The notes under the pieces were generated by a model that was given only the letters and a program-made list of their open reading frames with translations, did not search any database and was not told where the DNA came from. Shown piece after piece: positions 1 through 12,022 of a DNA stretch of 64,000 nucleotides. This stretch comes from Sphagnum compactum. Taxonomy: Eukaryota. Location of the stretch: assembly GCA_965153455.1 (NCBI GenBank), contig OZ234493.1, positions 10,406,213 to 10,470,212 on the forward strand, in the 5' to 3' direction. Within the stretch, counting starts at the first letter, position 1. Each line of letters begins with the position of its first letter. A program made the position numbers and the translations under genes.

Positions 1-1
1 A

Positions 2-163
2 TTCTACAATATGAAGCCAATGGAGAAGCGAGAAGTGCTGGTGTGTGTGCTTCAGTATTTGCATCACTTGGATGATGTAACTCTCATCAAAGCCTGGCAA
101 CAAAGTGCAGCTCAAACCAAGCTCTTCTTCAAGCTTCTTGAAGAATGCCAGGACCTCTTTGAG
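2..163 (+). CDS. SPK1: SPK1-like exon (5' end outside window)
   Basis: Translates FYNMKPMEKREVL...KAWQQS...FFKLLEECQDLFE; donor GAG|gtaata at 163/164. Confidence 0.88.
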
Positions 164-3100
164 GTAATACTCCATTTTGGGTACCAGGGTTGTATCCCAA
201 AATTGAGAGAGTTCTCTGGCTGAGGTGCCTTGGCTGTATTCTATGCTCCAGGGATCATCAGGATTTCCTGAAACCTCTTGTGCACTGTAAATTCATTTGG
301 TGATGATTTCACCTATTATGTTTGTGTACATGTCACAACTGGTTTTGTGCATCTGTGTGCTTGATACTGTATACTTGCAGTATAAAAAGGCAGGTGTGGA
401 TGGATTGATGGGAGCAATGACCTTGGCAGAACAAAGCACTGGGCCCATCCGATATTCTGAAAAATTATCACCATCTGTCAATATCTCTCTTATGGAGGCT
501 TCTTGCCATGATGGCCGGGTATGTTTTAACACTCCTGAACAACTTACTAAATCAGTTTCAGAGCTTGTCTGGGGCAGCCTTTGTTCCTTGAGACTGGGAT
601 AACTTTCTGGGGCCTACTGGAGTCATTTCCTTGTATGCTTGGCAGTAATGAAACATATTGGGAGGGTGGATGCACAGTGGTCAGGACCACACGCAACTCC
701 AGAGGGAACAAGTTCATTTTGGAGGAGGGTGAGCCCACAGTTTGTATCACCTACAAACGGATACTCAATGAGGGATACTGTAGTTCAGGCCCAGGCAGCA
801 GCAGCAGGGAAAAGCAATACTCCACTTCGCACCACCCTCCACCCTTTGCTCCGCCACAAACTGGTGCATCCTGGCTTTTCCATACTCGTCGTATAGTAAT
901 GTTCAACATTCATGTTTTTAGTGGTATATTTATGAGCACTGTGTGTAAGCATGCAAAGCAATTGGAGAAGTCACAGGACACAGAATAAAGTGGCAACCTT
1001 GGATGGCTTTTTCTTAGCAATTACCACAAATTTACTTGGTTTTGCACTAATGTCACAGGAATTATGGGAGGAAAATTTGAGTGCCTCAGTGACTCTTCAG
1101 ATAATGGAAGTAATGGAGAAATTCTTGGAGGCAGTGGCTGCAGGCAAAGTTATGACTGATTATGTCAAACTGGATTGCATTGCGACGATATTCACAGGGT
1201 TCTTAAGCCGAAGTCAACCATTACCATTCTGGAAGGCATTTATTCCTGTTTTCAGCAAACTATTTAAAACTCATGGAGCCACTCTGATGGGCCGGGAAAA
1301 TGATCGCTTTCTAAAGCAGGTTGTATTTCATCTGCTACGGCTTGCAGTTTTCCGGAATGATTCCATACGGGAAAGAGCTGTTGTTGGCCTCCAACTGCTT
1401 GTCAGAGTAGGTTTCTTCATCTCTCTTTGTTGCAAGGTCTGGGTTTAGTTCATGACTAGCATTGCCTGCATGGAATTCTCATACTTTCCTTTCAGGGAAA
1501 AAACATATGTTCCTTTGTTTTCTGTGTCTGTTGCAAAATTGACCAGGTGTCATAAGTAACTAACAACAGGTTTTCTTGTCACAGACGTCATTCTACTATT
1601 TCCAGAACATTGCACGACTACGGGTGATGCTCACAATAACCCTGTCCGAACTGATGTCAGATGTTCAAGTAACTCAAACAAGGATGGATGGGCGATTAGA
1701 GGAAAGTGCAGAGGCTCAAAGGCTGCGTAAATCACTCCAGCAAATGGGTGCTGGGAGTCTAAGTCCTCATCTCCTGGAGGAATGTGGTGTTTATGGGAGT
1801 CCCCTGGAGGTGACACCAGAGGGTTCATCAGAAGATTTATGGCACTGGTCAGAAATGGCTGACCTTGCTACCACTCTTCTCAAGGCTTTGGATGCTGCCA
1901 CTCAGCATGCACTTCTTGTAAGCCACAGTATCCTGTCTTTACTTAGGACCCAAAACTAGGTTTGTTCTTGCATGTATGAACTACCAACTTGTGTACTGCC
2001 AGATTAGAATAATTCCCAATTATGCTGTCACATGTCTATCCCACAGGGGTTGTGCTAAATGCAGCCACACATTGCATCTTCCAAACAATGTTACCTGTTA
2101 TAGGATTTGTGGTTTGTGCACATTGTTTTGGAATTCTGGTTCAACTGATGGATTCTTGGTTGCAGGCATTAAGTTTTTTGTCTGAGCCTTGGAAGCTAGA
2201 ACACCTCTATGTGAACAATTGACAGGTTTCTTGCCTTGGTCTCAAGTAAAATATACTGGCTATAATCCTTAGGTTTAGGTTGATGTTATCATAAATGTCT
2301 TTTGATCAGATGCATTTGGTGTTGGCCTGGCACTGTGCATATTCTGTTAGTGTCACTTATTTGCTAATGGTGTGTTTTTGAAGGGGCAGTTGCCAGGAAC
2401 AATGACAGACAAGTATGGAATGACAGAGGGTTTTGATGGGCTGGCCTGGGCTTATGCACATGTACCTGATCTCCACATCATGTGGCTCCTATATCTTTGT
2501 GATGCTCATCAACAAAATCAATCCTGGGCAGAAGCTGCCCAATGTGCTGTTGCTGTTGCCGGTGTTATTATGCAGGTGAATTAGCACATTCTATCACTGC
2601 TTTACTGCTGCATGCTTATCTGTAAGGAGCTATACTGCTTTTTGTTAATCCAACTTTGAATCTTCATTGTAACCAGAGTTATATACCCATGGCTCAAACT
2701 CAAGAATAAGTTTGAATGTGATTGGGTTCTTGCAGGCCATACTGGGCCAAAAGGACAACATCTGGGGGAAAGAGCATGTAGAAGCCTTATGCCGAATATG
2801 CCCAATGCTGAAAGGTGCTGTGGTTGGAGAAGCAGCAGCAGCAGAAGTTGAAGGCTACGGTGCATCAAAGCTCACAGTTGAATCTGCTGTCAAATACTTG
2901 CAACTTGCAAACAAACTTTTTGTCCAAGCAGAACTTTTCCACTTCTGTGTGGACATTTTAGAGCTCATAATTCCAGTCCACAAAATGAGGCGAGCTTATG
3001 GACAACTGTCCAAGTGCCATACATCCTTATGTAGTATATATGAGTCTTTGCAAGAGCAAGAATCAAGCCCAATTCCATTCAAGGATGCAACATATTACCG

Positions 3101-4328
3101 TGTAGGATTCTATGGAAGTCACTTTGGCAAACTTGATGGAAAAGAATATGTCTATCGAGAGGCACGAGATGTCCGCCTTGGGGACATCATGCAAGTGATG
3201 GGTAACATTTATGAAAGTATGGTCATTGAAGCTGGTCAAACTTTACACATTATTCCTGATTCTGGACAAGTCGTTGCACGAGACTTGAAAGCTGGAGTGT
3301 GTTATTTGCAAATTACATCAGTTGATCCAGTCCTTGATGATAGAGACTTGGATATTCGGAAAGAAAGAAAGTCATCAAGGTCTGCTAGGGTGACTTCACA
3401 AGTGTTTGATCGGTTCCTCTTTGACACTCCTTTCACAAAGAATGGGCGCAATCAAGGTGGATTGGAGGACCAATGGAAGCGACGAACAGTTTTACAAACA
3501 GAAGGTCCATTTCCAGCTCTTTTGAACCGTCTTCTGGTGGTGAGGTCAGAGTCACGGGAGTTTGCACCCATTGAGAATGCAATCGGAATGATAGAGACCC
3601 GTACTGCAGCACTGGCAGGAGAAGTTGAAGAGCATGACCGGCTTGATGGAGATCAAGCTCCTCGCTTGCAAAGCTTGCAACGAATTTTACAAGGCAGTGT
3701 TGCTGTGCAGGTATTTTCTTTTGAACCAGTGTGAAACCTTTTTTTATTTTCCTTGTCTATAGAGTAAATTTGTTAATGTTATGTATTGTTTTTTTGTTTG
3801 TTATTGTCCAATTGTGGTTTCCTTTTACTCTGTCTGTGCTTACTTCTGGCTTCTTTCTGGAAGTACAACAATGCATGAGCATTGAGGTGCAACCCAGTTC
3901 ATATCAGAACCCAGATCTGCATTCTTTGATATGTGACTGAACCCACTCTCATCGAAACCAATGTTAGCTACCAATGAGTGATGAATAGAGATAGGACAGT
4001 TTATCAGTTTGCACTGGACATGCATTGACCAAGTTCATTGGGAACTGACATACATTGTTTGGCAATTTGGCAGGTTAACAGTGGTGTGTTAGGAGTATGT
4101 AGAGCATTCTTGTCAGAGGAGCCAGCCACAAAGTTACGATCTCAAGAGCTTCAAGAACTTATAGCAGCTTTGCTTGAGTTTATGGCTGTTTGCAAAAAAG
4201 CTATCCGCATTCATGCCCGTTTAATAGGCGAGGAGGACCAAGACTTCCACTCAAATCTTGTCATCGGCTTTCAATCTCTCACGGCTGAGCTTTCCCACTA
4301 CATCCCTTCCATTCTCTCCGAACTTTGA
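2..4328 (+). CDS. SPK1: SPIKE1-like DOCK-family ROP guanine nucleotide exchange factor, 3' part (8 exons; gene starts upstream of window)
   Basis: Exons <2-163, 381-518, 678-863, 1059-1406, 1585-1917, 2384-2575, 2736-3710 and 4074-4328 join in frame through GT-AG introns. The translation carries motifs I recognise from plant SPK1: RENDRFLKQ, PDLHIMWL.LCDAHQ..QSWAEAAQC, YYRVGFYG, FDTPFTKNG..QGGLEDQWKRRTVL, the DHR2 LQGSVAVQVNSG and the C-terminal LSHYIP.ILSEL*. Confidence 0.96.
381..518 (+). CDS. SPK1: SPK1-like exon
   Basis: Acceptor ttgcag|TAT and donor CGG|gtatgt; translates YKKAGVDG...YSEKLSPSVN... Confidence 0.85.
678..863 (+). CDS. SPK1: SPK1-like exon
   Basis: Acceptor cacag|TGG (weak pyrimidine tract) and donor CTG|gtgcat; translates FWRRVSPQ...LHPLLRHKL. 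Confidence 0.78.
1059..1406 (+). CDS. SPK1: SPK1-like exon
   Basis: Acceptor tcacag|GAA and donor AGA|gtaggt; translates ELWEENLSA...RENDRFLKQ...LQLLVR. Confidence 0.92.
1585..1917 (+). CDS. SPK1: SPK1-like exon
   Basis: Acceptor tcacag|ACG and donor CTT|gtaagc; translates ARLRVMLTITLSELMSDVQ...HALL. Confidence 0.92.
2384..2575 (+). CDS. SPK1: SPK1-like exon
   Basis: Acceptor tgaag|GGG (an alternative in-frame cag lies at 2389/2390) and donor CAG|gtgaat; translates PDLHIMWL...AEAAQCAVAVAGVIMQ. Confidence 0.88.
2736..3710 (+). CDS. SPK1: SPK1-like exon (DHR2 lobes)
   Basis: Acceptor ttgcag|GCC and donor CAG|gtattt; 325 codons including YYRVGFYG and FDTPFT. Confidence 0.95.
4074..4328 (+). 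CDS. SPK1: SPK1-like terminal exon
   Basis: Acceptor ggcag|GTT; translates VNSGVL...ILSEL followed by TGA at 4326-4328. Confidence 0.95.
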   Translation, partial: VNSGVLGVCRAFLSEEPATKLRSQELQELIAALLEFMAVCKKAIRIHARLIGEEDQDFHSNLVIGFQSLTAELSHYIPSILSEL

Positions 4329-4399
4329 CGGACTGTCATCAATTGTCATTACAATTTGAACATAGGGATGTGGGGAGATCTAAAATTAGAGTTTTGGGT

Positions 4400-7300
4400 A
4401 CAGAATTAGATGATTGGAAACACTTACATTTCTGGATGGACTGACTGCAAATGTCTTTGTCAAGAGCTTTCCAAACACAGTGATGGAAAAACCGATTGCT
4501 GTAAACAGCCATTGAAATGAAAAGGGTCAGAAATCAGATCCTGACAGCAATTATGTACCAAGAAGTGGGGAAGTATGCTCAAGTATGAGATTGCAGGATA
4601 GAACAAAGAGGATACTGCTTCCATTAGGAAATTATTAAAGGAGAGTGGGACACAAACTGGCTGAATCGCAACTTGGGAACAGATTCCCTGGACCATAAGG
4701 GACACTCAAAACCATGGAACACTGTGGAGACGGTTTCTTGATTCATTCAAATGGAGCAAGGGACATCAATCAGAGGGGCAGATTTTGGACTACACTCTGT
4801 CAGTTCTGTGCCATACAGTTTGAGAGGGTGTTTCTCCGTCCCACGGTGTTTGTGCTGTCAAAATGACAACCTGCAATGACGAACTGGAGTCAGCATGGAT
4901 ATTTTAAGATAGTTTGTTGTACTCAAACCATTTTCAGCCCATCCTTCCTCCTCTACCCTGGGCCCCCAACAGACCCACTTAGAGAGTTTTGCCATGTGCA
5001 CACATGGAGTTGCTTGTTTGCCAGAAAGCAACAAGTCACTGTAAATTGTATTCTGTTATTCTTTCAGGACATTAGCGAATTTGACAGCAGCAAATGCATG
5101 TATCCTTTTTCTAATCCTAGCAATTCTTTAGAAGTTCCAGGAGGGAAGGTATCACAACATTTTTCCTGTATGTATTCCAGTTGTGCAGATGTAGGGCAAG
5201 AGTCTGTCTCATTGCAAGAGCTTTGTCACACTGCAGTTTTGCATATGTGGAACAGGTATCATTGTCAGGAGAACTCAGGGTATAGCCAAGAATAAAGTGC
5301 AACAGAAAAGCTGAAAGTTGAGTTACATACATACACTGAGGTGGTGAAACTGTGTAACTTGTGTTATCTACATGTAGTTTAAACCCTATACCTAAAAGAG
5401 TAGGTGTCATGATTTTGTGATGAGCATTACCTGAGTGGAAATCTCAGACTAGTAGTTCATGCTTTCTCTGTCTTGGTCAAGGTAGCCTCTATTGTCTCAG
5501 TTCTCAGCAGATGTGGAACTCTGTGAGCTTTCCAATATCTGCACAAAACAACTGAAACTGATGCTTGCACTTGTCAAATGCTCCCAACATGGTGAACACC
5601 TTACGGAGCTCCAACTCCTTTGACAGCCCCATGATCACAATTCCATCTTATTTATCAACTGCACATGGACAGGCCACCATTGGCAAATGTGAGATGTGAG
5701 ACTGAGGATATGTGACTTTCATTGTGACAAGTCCTTGTGACAAGCTGCCTAGTGATATAGGAGGACAGGGCTTGGAGAGAAATGCCTAGAAGAAGCCCTT
5801 GTCATAGGGTCTTGTTGATTGTTCTTCAGAAGTACATTTCACCTCTTTCCTGATTTCAAACATCTCATGCTTTGGGTTGAAATGAAGCTCCAATTGCTTT
5901 CTTAAGCTCCACAGTCCTTTTGATCTCATCTCTCTTCTGCTGTAGTTCCTCAATGCCTGAATGGGTTTTCCACAACAACAAAGCCATCATTTTAGTGGCA
6001 CAAGACAAGCAGCAAGGACAAACTCAATACATACTTACCCCCTCTTCAATTTTCTCCTTCCCTCTGGTGCATAGGACAGTAGGCTATACTTGGTTAAGGA
6101 ACTAATCGAAGAGAAACCTATATAGAATGAAAATCTGAATGAGCATTGTTGAGGGCTGTGATTGCTACATAAAAGAATGATGAATTCTTCCGGTCTTGCC
6201 TCATGCTCAATCAATTCTGCAGAAATCTTGCAGGATCAACGTTGGCTGACATTAAGGTTTCCTTATTGATTGTATATGTTGAATTGCTAGCTCCAACGAT
6301 CAGAATTTGCGATATTGATGCTCTCAAGGCTATTCCACATTTGGTCGGGAGTGGGACACAGGAAGATTAGACAGAAAATGGAAAGTGTGAGGCCAATGTT
6401 TCTCTTCATGGATCATGGAAAAATGACCACTTGGGATGATGATTTGTGAGAGGACAACAGAAACTGTGCTCAAGAAGATACCCATCATCATCTCATCTTA
6501 TGATGAGTATGTTCTGTTTTGATGCAGCAGTGTCAATCTATTGGAACCCTTGCAGCTTAAACATTTTGTGGAACTACTGCAGTGCATCCCCTTCTGACAA
6601 CATCATCTTTATGCAGAACATCTGTCTTCCACCTCTCGTCTGGAAGAATATCAGACAGCCTCTCATCTCAAAGGAATATCTAATATTCTTCAAGATGAGA
6701 GGCAAATAACAGAAGTTCTGCATAAAGATGATGTTGTCAGAAGGGGATGCACTACAGTCGTTCCACAAAAAATTATTGTGCATTTCTTGTTTGCCTCTAT
6801 GGTAAATCACAAATGATTTTGCTTGTATCATTGAGGTCTCTCCTGCCATGCATTCACTAGTTGTCTGTTGCAATTTCATTACAGTTGGCAGGGTATTAGA
6901 GAATGGGCAGGCCCCTGTGCCCATTCTCTAGCGTAAAGGATTTTTGTCTCATTATGTTTTTGAAAAAAGGATGATTTTGTTTAAATTATGATCCATGACA
7001 AGGAAAACTGTGTACTATATAGTATGACCTCATATGGCCAGCTTCCCAGGCGCCCAGACCTGTATCCTCTTGGCTCCTCAGATATGAACATTGTTTAACT
7101 CAATGCAGCAATTTAGTTGCAGTCCAGCCCTTTTAGAGCTTTTAAAGATGCATCCACTCAAACAACACGATCATAATTTCCAGCATACAGAATAGCATCA
7201 GTGTTGGAAGAAAGATATGAAACTAAGGTCATATAAGCTTTGAGTTGAGGTTTAAGATCAGAACTCAAACTGTGAGAAAATTACCTGCCAGCAGGACTGA

Positions 7301-9010
7301 AGACTTCGCTCACTTCTTAAGCACTAATAATTCATGAGTGTAGGAATCCAGAACCCTACATCTAAGTCAACAAGAACAACTTTGCACATCAACATAAACC
7401 ACAAGTCTCTCCCTAGGGCTGCAGAAACTTCTTCAGACAGCTACTTTATAGGAAAGCAAGTCAAGCTCCTTGCAGAGTGTTCATAAAATGTCCTGACCTA
7501 GTATGGTCTTCTGGAATGCCGTCTTTTGGACATGTGAAATGTAAGCAAGGGCAGAAAGTATTGAGATTATTGTAACAACTGCAACTGGAATGTGTGCACC
7601 CAGACAGACCGTGTTCCTTTATTGTGCAGGCCTTGAACATGCATGGTTTACTTGAAGATTTCTTCCTTTGATGTGCTCCAGCTGTCCTAATTCATACCCA
7701 CAAAATCTGTATTGATATGGACTAAAGCCTACAACTGCATCCTAATAGACAGATGTTGTCTGATATGGACACTCTAAACAAACAAGCAGAATGACAAATC
7801 CTGCCTCACTATTGACAATTGCTGAGATCACAAATTGAAACTCCTTAAAACTGTGAAACATTCCTTTTCAGAATTTTTGGCACTTGAGTCAATGGTTCCA
7901 ATGTTTTCATTCTTGCTAATAAAACTTTCAGGCACCAAATATGATGCATTCAAGTTCAGTTCCAGAGGAAATTGACTTTGTTGTTTCCTCATCACCACAG
8001 GAATTGACCATAATGTTTAAGCCTTATGCCATAAGGATGTGTTATGCTAGTCCATCTCTAAAAACCTCATTTTATCTGCTCCCCAGCTCTTCTTACAGAC
8101 ACATCTTTCAGAGTTTTAGGCAACCCTACAGTTGCAACAGCTTTTGTCTATGCAACACATTTTTCAAGACACATAATTACTGTGGCAATGCAACATTAAC
8201 AAACATACCTTCCATGCATGTCTCATGTCTCTACATTTCCCTAACAAGGGACATGTCTTTGTGTCTCCAGTGCAAGATGAGAAACTAAAGTCAGGCCTTA
8301 CAACTTGCAATTAAATCTCAATGGAACAAAAGCTGCGAATCAAACCCACTTGCAATCAAATCCTGATGGAACAAAAGCTGTGAATTAAACCCAATCCACT
8401 TCACAAACTCCCAATATTGAAATTTTCTCAAGAGATGAAAATAAAATACCATCTTCCTGTTTGCCTCAAGCACAGCAGCACCAAATTTTTGTGCAAATTG
8501 CAGGGAGCTTATCAAACATCTGAATTCCTGTTAAAAATTGCAAAAAAAAAACGGAATAATGCCATACCTACCAAGAATTATGACTGAGTATTGCTTCACC
8601 TCGATTACTAGGGCTACAGCAAGTTTCTTACAGGAGGAGATAATGAAAAAAGATTCAGTTGTCCAGATCTTCACAACCCTAAAAACCCCCGGTTCCCTCA
8701 GAGACTGAATTCCTTGATAAGAGAAGTGAACCACATAATAGCCCCGTTGACCATCATGGGTAACAAGCAAAATCAAGTCTTCACCTATTGTGATTTGAAT
8801 CCTCAACCTCTACTGGATTAGTCCAGAGCCTACAGCGCATATTTTCCACTGGATACTTCAAAACTTTGCAGACTGTGAAAACTCTGTAGCTGGAATGAAA
8901 TCACCAGGCCATGCAAGGATTCATCTATGTGTATGCTGCCCCCAAGGAATACTTAACAGAACATGGTAAGAGATTGGTGCCTCAGCAAGAAAGCATTCAA
9001 CAGAGAGCAT
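4400..9010 (-). pseudogene. Probable decayed spliced gene of unknown family, convergent with SPK1
   Basis: A minus-strand frame runs from ATG 9010 to 8600 with only 3 stops (TGA, TGA, TAG), then a GT-AG intron 8599-8528 and an in-frame 26-codon exon 8527-8450 (EFRCLISSLQFAQKFGAAVLEANRKM|gt). Further minus-strand splice signals: donors at 7284, 6038 and 5430; acceptors at 8126 and 6118. Downstream exons contain stops. The 3' limit is approximate. Confidence 0.4.
6564..6770 (-). ncRNA. Long inverted-repeat hairpin (candidate MIRNA / hairpin RNA)
   Basis: Arms 6564-6655 and 6679-6770 (92 nt each, 11 differences by manual alignment), with a perfect 39-bp core 6581-6619/6715-6753 and a 23-nt loop. 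The inverted repeat itself is certain; RNA function is not shown. Confidence 0.4.
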
Positions 9011-11143
9011 TGAAGCCCGTGTCTGTTAATACGTGCAACTTTTTTTCATAACATCCCTGGCACCTGATCTTTCTTCTAGACACCCCAAAAAAATTAAAGT
9101 TCAGTACACTCTCTACTCAAGACCCACTAAAATGCCCCTGAAGAGAGAGAGCTAGACACAAAGAGAGAGAAAACTCAGTGACAAAAACCCTAAGAAAACT
9201 TCCAAGGATCAGCTCAATATGCTACAAGTAACCCACCTGTCAATATGCATGGATGCACCTGGATATGTGTTCAGGCCCATTATCCAGCCTTGGGTGAACC
9301 AGCACCCACACTGATACCATGCTAAAAACCCTAGAATTCATCTAAATTTTGCTTCTAAATAGTATAAATATATGCCATGCTTAGACTAAATCAGCGTCTC
9401 TGAGTGCAAATCTAACAACATTTCTTGGGTTTAATTTGGTCACCAAGAGTCACACTCAAGAAAGTGAACCATCCACTTATAGCATATTGTGACAGGTCCA
9501 TGTACTACTTTTCTTCCCAATGCCCATTTCTTTGCTCTTTGTTGTTCCAAATTATAACCCTGTCTGTATACAGACATCATTGTTTAATGAAATAAGGTCC
9601 ACTGTTTCAAGTTCACAAACGTTTGATGACACTAATTTGAGACATGATTCAAGATGGTCAGGGTGCTTACAAGTTAAGGTAGTTTATTTTGTATGAGATC
9701 TGACACTACTTAAAAGTTCATAAGGTAATGTTAAAATGATCATTTATTGTGACATCATTGGTTAATTGAGAATTACATGGTGAATAATGAACTAAAAAAA
9801 TTTATATGAAAAATATATTTTTTAAATAATTTTTTATTATACATGTTTAAAAAATTGAAATCCACTTTAAAATAATTATCATATGGACTTATGAAACTAT
9901 GACCCATTTCAAACTATTCAAAAGTTCATAACTTGTTTTTTTTAACAATTTTTTTACATTGATGTTCTTTTTGCTTTAATATATCATATATTGAGATTTT
10001 ATAAAATATAAATATTTTATATCACATATCATTAATAAATTATTTTATTTAGTCCACACAGAAGTAAAATGGCATGTATACTAATTTTTGGATGAAGTCA
10101 ACAATCTCTTTGTGTATAACTCTCTTTTGAATCACCAAATATTTGGAAGACATTTTGACCATCAAGAGTGCTGATATTGTTTTTTATTAGCGCACACACC
10201 AGACAAAGGAGGCGAGACTTCCAGCAGCGGATACCTACAAGAGTGGCAACTGTCGCAGCTGCAGCTGGTTCTTGGTTCCAGGTATTGGAGCAGCCTCTTA
10301 TTGTTGAGGTCCAACAACATTGCATCTGATGGTTTAGGGTTGCGACCGATTTCCTCGGTGGCGAAGGAGGGAGAAAAATATATGAAGGAGCAACAACGGC
10401 AGCAGAGGAGGTTGTTGAAGCAGCAGGAAGAAAGCAAGGCGAAGGTGTAGACGATGACACTAAAGTGTGTGCCAGTGTCAACGACAAAGGTGGAGCTTCT
10501 TGTCACGCCCAACAGACCCAGCAGCTACAGGAAAAAAGAAGTCACTGAAATCCAACCACAAGAGGTCGAGCCCGCCATCGCCACTGTCCTCGCGCACAAA
10601 TGCCAGTTCCAGGTTCTTGGTTTTGACTTTTGAGGCTTTTAGGGTTGTAAAAGTAGATGGTGAGAAAAGTAAATTCTTTTTTTCTAGTCTCTTTCTCTCT
10701 TCTCTTTTCTTCTGTTATCTAAACCCTAAACCTCTTCTCTTATGTTCTCTTCTCTTTTTCTTCTCTTCCTTGAACCCTAAACCCCATCTCTTTTCTTCTC
10801 CAAAGCTCTTCTTTTCTCTTCTTCCTCTCTTCTTTAAACCTTACACCTCTTCTCTTCTTTAAGCCCTAAACCTGCTCTCATCTCTTCTCTTTCACTTCTC
10901 TAAACCGTAAAGCATTGCCTAGATTTTTCCCTTTGTATTTCCAGCTCACTTACCTGCCTGAAGAAACATGTTTTCAATATAGCCAGGTTGTATTGGGATC
11001 ATCTGACCACAGGCCCTTCTCCTATACCAAATTTTTGAATTTTTGAATTTTTTTAATGACTAAAACCCATGTTTTTTTTACTTTTCAAGTCCTTTTTTAA
11101 AAATAAACATTGGTTTAGGGTTCAAGATTTGAAGAACTCCACA

Positions 11144-11995
11144 ATGGCACTCGATGCCGCATCGCTGCTGTGTCCTTTCACTGTAGCGTTGGACATTTTC
11201 ACACTGAAGAAGGACATTGCCAAGACGCACTGCAACAACGCCAAGCTCAACGTTCCAGACAATGCACCCCTAGCGGTCTACCAGGTAGCCCTAGCCGGGC
11301 ACCGGCTAGTCATGGGCCTCAAGACTGACAACCCACCTATTGACGCGCGGTTGTCTAAGATGGAGGCGGCCATCGAGAACATTGCGTCTCTTGCGACCGC
11401 TAGCAACCTTGCGGTCAACCAGTTGATGGAGCATGAAACGGCCGCGGCTGTCACAGCCAAGTCTGCTTCTACGGAAGAGCCCAAATGGACCACAGTGATG
11501 GCCAAGAACGTGCGCCAGGTGGTCAGCCGGGCTGTGGAGACCTTGGTTGACACGCCCAAACAGGAGGAGCGCAAGCTCAACCTGCACCTCACGGGCTTCG
11601 AGGCCAAGGAGGGCGAGACCGAGAAGGAGCTGGTGCAGCGGTTCAACACAAAGCTGTTGCAAGGGCAAATGAGGCTGCACACCAAGGTCGTCGTCGCCAC
11701 GCGGCAGTGGCCTGCGACCATGCGAGCCTCCACCTCAGCGGTGGGCACGCGCCCTGGTGCAGTGCTGCTCAAATTCGCAACGAACGAAAACCGCCAGGCC
11801 GCGCTACGAGGGCGCAAAGGCCTGGCAAGGACCAAGCTAGGCCTAGACGAAGACCTCACACCTGCGCAGCAAGCGCTCAAGTTAGAGCTACGGCCATTGT
11901 TCAAGGAGGCCAAGGTGGCAAGCAAGCGCGCCTTCTGGCGCGCAGCTAAGCTTTACATCAACGACACTCGGATTTGCCCACCCTCCTCTATCTAG
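11144..11995 (+). CDS. LINE ORF1 protein (coiled-coil + RRM/CTD-like, L1 ORF1p/Transposase_22-type)
   Basis: Intact GC-rich ORF from ATG 11144, directly upstream of the APE domain, with typical ORF1 motifs RKLNLHLTG.E, RPGAVLLKF, LDEDLT and AFWRAAKLYIND. Confidence 0.8.
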   Translation: MALDAASLLCPFTVALDIFTLKKDIAKTHCNNAKLNVPDNAPLAVYQVALAGHRLVMGLKTDNPPIDARLSKMEAAIENIASLATASNLAVNQLMEHETAAAVTAKSASTEEPKWTTVMAKNVRQVVSRAVETLVDTPKQEERKLNLHLTGFEAKEGETEKELVQRFNTKLLQGQMRLHTKVVVATRQWPATMRASTSAVGTRPGAVLLKFATNENRQAALRGRKGLARTKLGLDEDLTPAQQALKLELRPLFKEAKVASKRAFWRAAKLYINDTRICPPSSI

Positions 11996-12022
11996 GGGCA
12001 CGGGGACCAGAGAGACCTATGC

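Noticed and set aside
6564..6770. Assignment of the hairpin to a conserved miRNA family
   Set aside because: I could not match it by eye to miR156/160/166/171/319/390/408/529/535/536; a miRBase search is needed.
8450..9010. Naming the decayed minus-strand gene as REC114/PHS1-like
   Set aside because: Only a vague pattern resemblance; I could not verify any diagnostic motif.
10098..10862. ORFs of 116-131 aa
   Set aside because: Low-complexity translations of CAG/GA- and CT-rich repeat sequence; no recognisable domain.
10720..10910. Interstitial telomere array
   Set aside because: The AAACCCT motifs are isolated and degenerate, not tandem.
11278..11925. 215-aa and 124-aa minus-strand ORFs
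   Set aside because: Antisense shadows of the GC-rich LINE ORF1, with no independent motifs.
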